Assembly (NCBI GenBank): GCA_040767085.1 | Contig: JAXGPF010000021.1 | Location: 1-32,342 of the forward strand | Length of the DNA stretch: 32,342 bases | Reading direction: 5' to 3' | From: Kiritimatiellia bacterium | GTDB lineage: Bacteria > Verrucomicrobiota > Kiritimatiellia > JAAZAB01 | In this document: piece after piece, positions 28,468 to 32,342 of the stretch | How the letters are laid out: every line of letters starts with the position of its first letter | Numbering within the stretch: the first letter of the stretch is position 1 | Made by a program: the position numbers and the translations under genes | Notes under the pieces: model-generated | The model's input: only the letters and a program-made list of their open reading frames with translations | What the model was told of the DNA's origin: nothing | Databases searched by the model: none

Positions 28468-30138
28468 ATGCAAAGCCAGCAGATCAAGCAGGGAAACGAA
28501 CGCGCACCGCACCGCAGTTTGCTGCGGGCAGCCGGAGTGCAGGCCGAGGATTTCGGCAAACCATTTATCGGCGTCTGCAATTCCTTCGTGGAGATCATCC
28601 CGGGCCACGTCCACTTGAACGCCGTCGGCCGGCTGATCTGCCGGCAAATCCGCCAGGCCGGCGGCGTGCCGTTCGAATTCAACACCATCGGCATCTGCGA
28701 CGGCGTGGCCATGGGCCATGCCGGCATGAAATATTCCCTGCCCAGCCGGGAATTGATCGCCGACTGCGTGGAGTCCATGGCGCGCGCGCATTGTTTCGAT
28801 GCGCTGCTCTGCATTCCGAACTGCGACAAAATCGTGCCCGGCATGGTCATGGGCGCACTGCGGGTGGATATCCCCACCCTGGTGGTCAGCGGCGGCCCCA
28901 TGCTGGCCGGACGCGCGGCCGACGGGCGGGCACTGGATTTGATCAGCGTTTTTGAAGGCGTGGCCGCCTGCCGCCAGGGTAAAATCGGCGAAGCGGAATT
29001 GCAGGCGCGGGAAGAAAAAGCCTGCCCCGGCTGCGGTTCATGCTCGGGCATGTTCACGGCCAATTCGATGAATTGCCTTTGCGAGGCCCTGGGCTTGGCG
29101 TTGCCCGGGAACGGCACCATTCCCGCCGTTGATCCGCGCCGCAAAAAATTGTATCGTCAGGCGGCGCGCCGCGTCGTTGAAATGGCGCAAGCCGGCGGAC
29201 CGCGGCCGCGCTCCATCGTGACCAGGGAATCCATGGATAATGCCTTCGCCGTGGATATGGCCATGGGCGGCAGCACCAACACGGTCCTGCATGCGCTGGC
29301 CATCGCGCAGGAAGCCGGGATCGAGTATGACCTGGACCGCATCAACGCCATTTCCCGCAGATGCCCGAATATTTGCAAGGTTTCGCCTTCCAGCCAGTAT
29401 CACGTGGAAGACGTGGACCGGGCCGGGGGCATCGGCGCCATTATCCGCACACTCTGCGACCTGCCGGGCCTGATCAACACCGGCGCCCTGACCGTCACCG
29501 GCCGCACCATCGCCCGGAATACCGCCCGCGCGAAAATCCTGGACGAGCAGGTGATCCGTCCTCCCAGTCAGGCCTATTCCCAGGAAGGCGGCCTGGCAAT
29601 CCTGCGCGGCAACCTGGCACCCGACGGCGCCGTGGTCAAAACGGCCGGCGTTGCGCCGTCCATGCTCCAATTCGAGGGAACCGCGGTAATCTTCGATTCC
29701 GAGGAAGAGGCCTGCCAGGGTATTTTAGCCGGCAAAGTCCAAGCAGGCAACATGGTGGTGATCCGTTACGAAGGCCCGAAAGGCGGACCGGGCATGCAGG
29801 AAATGCTGGGGCCGACCTCGTACATCATGGGCCAGGGTTTGGGTGAAAAGGTGGCGCTGATCACGGACGGCCGGTTTTCCGGCGGCACGCGCGGCGCCTG
29901 TATCGGCCATGTTTCACCAGAAGCCGCTGCCGGCGGGCTGATCGGCCTGCTGCGCAACGGCGACCGCATCCGGATTGATATTCCCCATCACCGGTTGGAA
30001 GCGCTCCTGTCCGAGGCTGAAATTCAGCAACGCCGGGCGCAAATGCCGCCCTATCAGCCCCGGCCGCTGACGGGATGGCTAAAGCGTTACGCGGCGCATG
30101 TGACCAGCGCCAATACCGGCGCAGTCTTGCAGGCTTGA
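28468..30138 (+). CDS. ilvD: Dihydroxy-acid dehydratase
   Basis: [79 protein letters not shown] before ATG 28468. Confidence 0.97.
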   Translation: MQSQQIKQGNERAPHRSLLRAAGVQAEDFGKPFIGVCNSFVEIIPGHVHLNAVGRLICRQIRQAGGVPFEFNTIGICDGVAMGHAGMKYSLPSRELIADCVESMARAHCFDALLCIPNCDKIVPGMVMGALRVDIPTLVVSGGPMLAGRAADGRALDLISVFEGVAACRQGKIGEAELQAREEKACPGCGSCSGMFTANSMNCLCEALGLALPGNGTIPAVDPRRKKLYRQAARRVVEMAQAGGPRPRSIVTRESMDNAFAVDMAMGGSTNTVLHALAIAQEAGIEYDLDRINAISRRCPNICKVSPSSQYHVEDVDRAGGIGAIIRTLCDLPGLINTGALTVTGRTIARNTARAKILDEQVIRPPSQAYSQEGGLAILRGNLAPDGAVVKTAGVAPSMLQFEGTAVIFDSEEEACQGILAGKVQAGNMVVIRYEGPKGGPGMQEMLGPTSYIMGQGLGEKVALITDGRFSGGTRGACIGHVSPEAAAGGLIGLLRNGDRIRIDIPHHRLEALLSEAEIQQRRAQMPPYQPRPLTGWLKRYAAHVTSANTGAVLQA

Positions 30139-30177
30139 GCAATTCACCGCAAAGGCTCAGAGGCACAAAGGGGAGCT

Positions 30178-30320
30178 AATTTCAAAAGCCGTCCCCTGCC
30201 ACCTTGCGTGGCAGGAACGAAAGGTTACGCAAAACACAAAGTGTTTTTTTTACAACATGCGGTGTTTTGCATAACCTTGGTCTCCGGCGGGGTAAACCCG
30301 CCGGGGGACTTTTGAAAATT
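30178..30320. other. Highly structured intergenic element (multi-stem inverted repeats); ncRNA, MITE or complex terminator
   Basis: Closing stem TTTCAAAA 30180-87 / TTTTGAAA 30310-17; hairpin CCTGCCAC/GTGGCAGG; 17-bp IR 30221-37 / 30262-78; hairpin CCGGCGGG/CCCGCCGG. Confidence 0.6.
30284..30313 (+). terminator. Possible intrinsic terminator for ilvD
   Basis: 8-bp GC stem (30284-91 / 30297-304) followed by GGGACTTTT; the U-tract is short and offset. Confidence 0.35.
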
Positions 30321-30366
30321 CTGCCGCTACCCTGCGCTGCCTGGGCGTCCTGCGCGTTTTTGGCGG

Positions 30367-31224
30367 CTAATCCGGCTTCACGGCTGCGGGCAGGATTTCC
30401 ACTTTGAAAACGCATTGGGTATGCGGCTGCTCCGGTTCCCACGGGCGCAGGTAAGCCAATCCCACCTCCATGGCGCCGGGCCGTATGGCGTCAAATATCC
30501 AATTCTCATGCCCGCCCGCGCCAATCCGTGTGACAGCGGGCGGATCGAACCGATGTTCCCGCAGGCGCGCCGGCGCATCGGCCGGCAAATCCGCCAGGCG
30601 CCATTGATAACCGGTAGTCGGATTGGATGGCAGACGGATGGTAAACACGGTGCCGGCCGCAGTTTGGATGCCCGCGTTGGCATTGGTGTAAATCATGCCG
30701 CCGGCATCATCCGGCTTCGCCGGCGGCGGTGTCTGGTATTCTTTGGGCATGGGCGCTGCCTCCGGCGATGGCGCCGCCCCCAGCATGCGGGACAGGCCGA
30801 AAACCAGGTAAATCGCGGCGAAGACACCGCCAATCCGCCACAGGCCGGGGCGGCGGCGGATGATTTCATCCAACCGGCGCCGCCCTCCCGCCGGCAGGGC
30901 GGCCGCGGCGGCAATCAACAAAAACACCGCGGGCGGCAGGAAACCGAATGGATGGCAATGCCATGCCTGCCGCCATTGGCCATGCAAAACCGCCGTCACG
31001 CTGCGCGTCAGCCCGCAACCGGGGCAAGGCCATCCGGTCAACCGGTGCCAGACACAGCCGTCATAACCAAATCCTTCCGGCGGATGGATTAAAGCAAACA
31101 ACAAAAAAATCAGCAATAAATAAAAAAACGCGCGCGCTTCCGGCGCCAGACGACGGTTGAAGGAGCGGGCGGCGGCCGGCCCGGCCCGCCTTATCAACTG
31201 CCCCCACTGCCGCGCCTGGCTCAT
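30367..31224 (-). CDS. DUF2752 membrane domain fused to chagasin/I42 cysteine-protease inhibitor domain
   Basis: CVWHRLTGWPCPGCGLTRS...HG...HP (DUF2752); NPTTGYQW, GAGG and YLRPWE are the three chagasin loops; GGGAG RBS before ATG 31224. Confidence 0.85.
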   Translation of the reverse strand: MSQARQWGQLIRRAGPAAARSFNRRLAPEARAFFYLLLIFLLFALIHPPEGFGYDGCVWHRLTGWPCPGCGLTRSVTAVLHGQWRQAWHCHPFGFLPPAVFLLIAAAAALPAGGRRRLDEIIRRRPGLWRIGGVFAAIYLVFGLSRMLGAAPSPEAAPMPKEYQTPPPAKPDDAGGMIYTNANAGIQTAAGTVFTIRLPSNPTTGYQWRLADLPADAPARLREHRFDPPAVTRIGAGGHENWIFDAIRPGAMEVGLAYLRPWEPEQPHTQCVFKVEILPAAVKPD

Positions 31225-31261
31225 AACATCTCCCGTCGTAAACCGATCATTCGCCGTCGGG

Positions 31262-31975
31262 CTACGCCGTGCGCACCCGCGCGGCGGCGGCCACACGGAA
31301 CACCGTGCCCCGCTCATTGGTGCAGCGGTAATATTTCCGCATCAGCGGGCCCTTGACCATGGCACGGCCGCCGCCCAGCCAGAAATGCTGGCCTTCGCGG
31401 AGTTCCGACAGCATCAGCCGCCGGTCAAACGTATCATGCCGGCGCAAAGCCAGGGACAGTTCCGGATCGGCATCCGTCGAATACAGGGGGCGGCGGGCAT
31501 GGCGCAAGACCATCGGTTGCAAATCCGGCGGAAAACATCTGGCATGCGCTATGAGATAAGCGCCGAAAACCGATTTCCACTCCCGCCCGTGGGGGCGGGC
31601 GCGGCCGGATCTTTCATGGGCCATCCGGGCGTGGGCGATTTCGTGCAGCAACGTAATCAAAAACAGGTACGGATTGCCGGAATGGTTCACCGTGATCACA
31701 CTGTAATGCCGGCCCGCCGGTTGGACATGGTCGCCGTGTTTGGTGCGGCGGCGGCGGACCACCCGCACGAGGATCGGCATCTGGGCCAGCAGGCTGCTGA
31801 TGGAAGCCGCAGCCGATTCCGGCAGATGCGGCCGCATGGCCGCCAGCGAATGCGCCTGAAAATCGCCAGCTTCGATTAAAGGCGGCGAGGAGGCAACGGC
31901 GGGAATTTGCACTTCAGGCGGCACAGCAGCGGTTCCGAATGTTGCCGACATGAAAACCTGGGAACCAGGGAACAT
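31262..31975 (-). CDS. SprT-like zinc metalloprotease (start uncertain, possibly ATG 31837)
   Basis: RRTKHGD, ITVN..NPYLFLITLLHEIAH (HExxH), PHGREWK, C-terminal RKYYRC. Confidence 0.85.
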   Translation of the reverse strand: MFPGSQVFMSATFGTAAVPPEVQIPAVASSPPLIEAGDFQAHSLAAMRPHLPESAAASISSLLAQMPILVRVVRRRRTKHGDHVQPAGRHYSVITVNHSGNPYLFLITLLHEIAHARMAHERSGRARPHGREWKSVFGAYLIAHARCFPPDLQPMVLRHARRPLYSTDADPELSLALRRHDTFDRRLMLSELREGQHFWLGGGRAMVKGPLMRKYYRCTNERGTVFRVAAAARVRTA

Positions 31976-31999
31976 TGAATATGCCGAACGCGTCTTTCA

Positions 32000-32052
32000 T
32001 GGCGTACCTGGCAGGAGTTGAACCTGCAACCTTCTGATCCGTAGACAGACGC
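32000..32052 (-). pseudogene. 3' fragment of tRNA-Arg(ACG); probable att (attR-type) site
   Basis: Minus strand GCGTCTGT-CTACGGA-TCAGA-AGGTT-GCAGG-TTCAACT-CCTGC-CAGGTAC-G-CCA: anticodon loop, T arm, 3' acceptor strand and CCA. No D arm or 5' acceptor strand upstream, where AT-rich sequence follows instead. Confidence 0.9.
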
Positions 32053-32342
32053 CCGCCCTATATTTTATTGATTATTTTGTTGACAATATGCTTTCTGTAT
32101 GCTTTTATATTTGCAGTAATGAATAGAAAAGCAAACGACTGCACACAAGCGAAACATACAGGAAGCACATCATGAAACACCGCACCGGCTATCTTTTCCA
32201 ACGTGGAAAACAAAAACAGTATTATCTCCAATACCGCATTGAAGGCAAGACAATTGTTCAAAGCCTAGGAACCGACGACAAGGACAAGGCGGATGATAAA
32301 CGCGCCGAAATAATGCGCGCGTTCACTACTGCCGCCCGCGCC
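32053..32342. mobile_element. End of an integrated element (prophage/ICE/genomic island) continuing beyond the window
   Basis: Abrupt GC drop right after the tRNA fragment, followed by an integrase-like ORF start. Confidence 0.75.
32172..32342 (+). CDS. Probable tyrosine integrase, N-terminal arm-binding domain (3'-truncated)
   Basis: AGGAAG RBS; open frame MKHRTGYLFQRGKQKQYYLQYRIEGKTIVQSLGTDDKDKADDKRAEIMRAFTTAARA, with a three-strand + SLGT-helix pattern; adjacent to the att site. The catalytic domain is not visible. Confidence 0.7.
   Translation, partial: MKHRTGYLFQRGKQKQYYLQYRIEGKTIVQSLGTDDKDKADDKRAEIMRAFTTAARA

Noticed and set aside
28192-28791. 200-aa N-terminal extension of the DUF502 ORF
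   Set aside because: Overlaps ilvD antisense and the promoter region; the RBS-supported start is 28191.
32000-32076. Complete functional tRNA-Arg gene
   Set aside because: No 5' acceptor strand complementary to CAGGTAC and no D arm; it is a fragment only.
32058-32261. 67-aa minus-strand ORF
   Set aside because: Antisense to the better-supported integrase-like start and its AT-rich regulatory region.

Overview
GC-rich (about 60-65% by eye) bacterial chromosomal segment. Gene style suggests the PVC superphylum, probably Kiritimatiellia/Lentisphaeria-like (inference). 1-11.6 kb: a same-strand cluster of five large, mostly uncharacterised carbohydrate-active-like proteins (CBM9/DOMON-like, GH20-N-like + barrel, beta-galactosidase-trimerisation-like, PcRGLX/YetA-like lyase, beta-helix protein). 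11.6-31.9 kb: mostly housekeeping genes, namely nnr, surA-pdxA-rsmA followed by a coupled APH-kinase/HAD pair, yitJ-type Hcy methyltransferase/MTHFR, an SGNH hydrolase, a Tat-exported RNase Z-fold hydrolase with FG-GAP repeats, HD-GYP, a heparinase II/III-like protein, recO, DUF502, ilvD, a DUF2752-chagasin fusion and a SprT-like protease. The right edge is the boundary of an integrated element: a 3'-only tRNA-Arg(ACG) fragment (att site), an AT-rich stretch, and the start of a probable tyrosine integrase missing from the ORF track. The most unusual non-coding signals are a ~140-nt four-way-junction structure between ilvD and the convergent gene, flanked by inward-facing short-period repeats, and two unrelated in-frame 18-bp quasi-palindromic tandem arrays inside genes.
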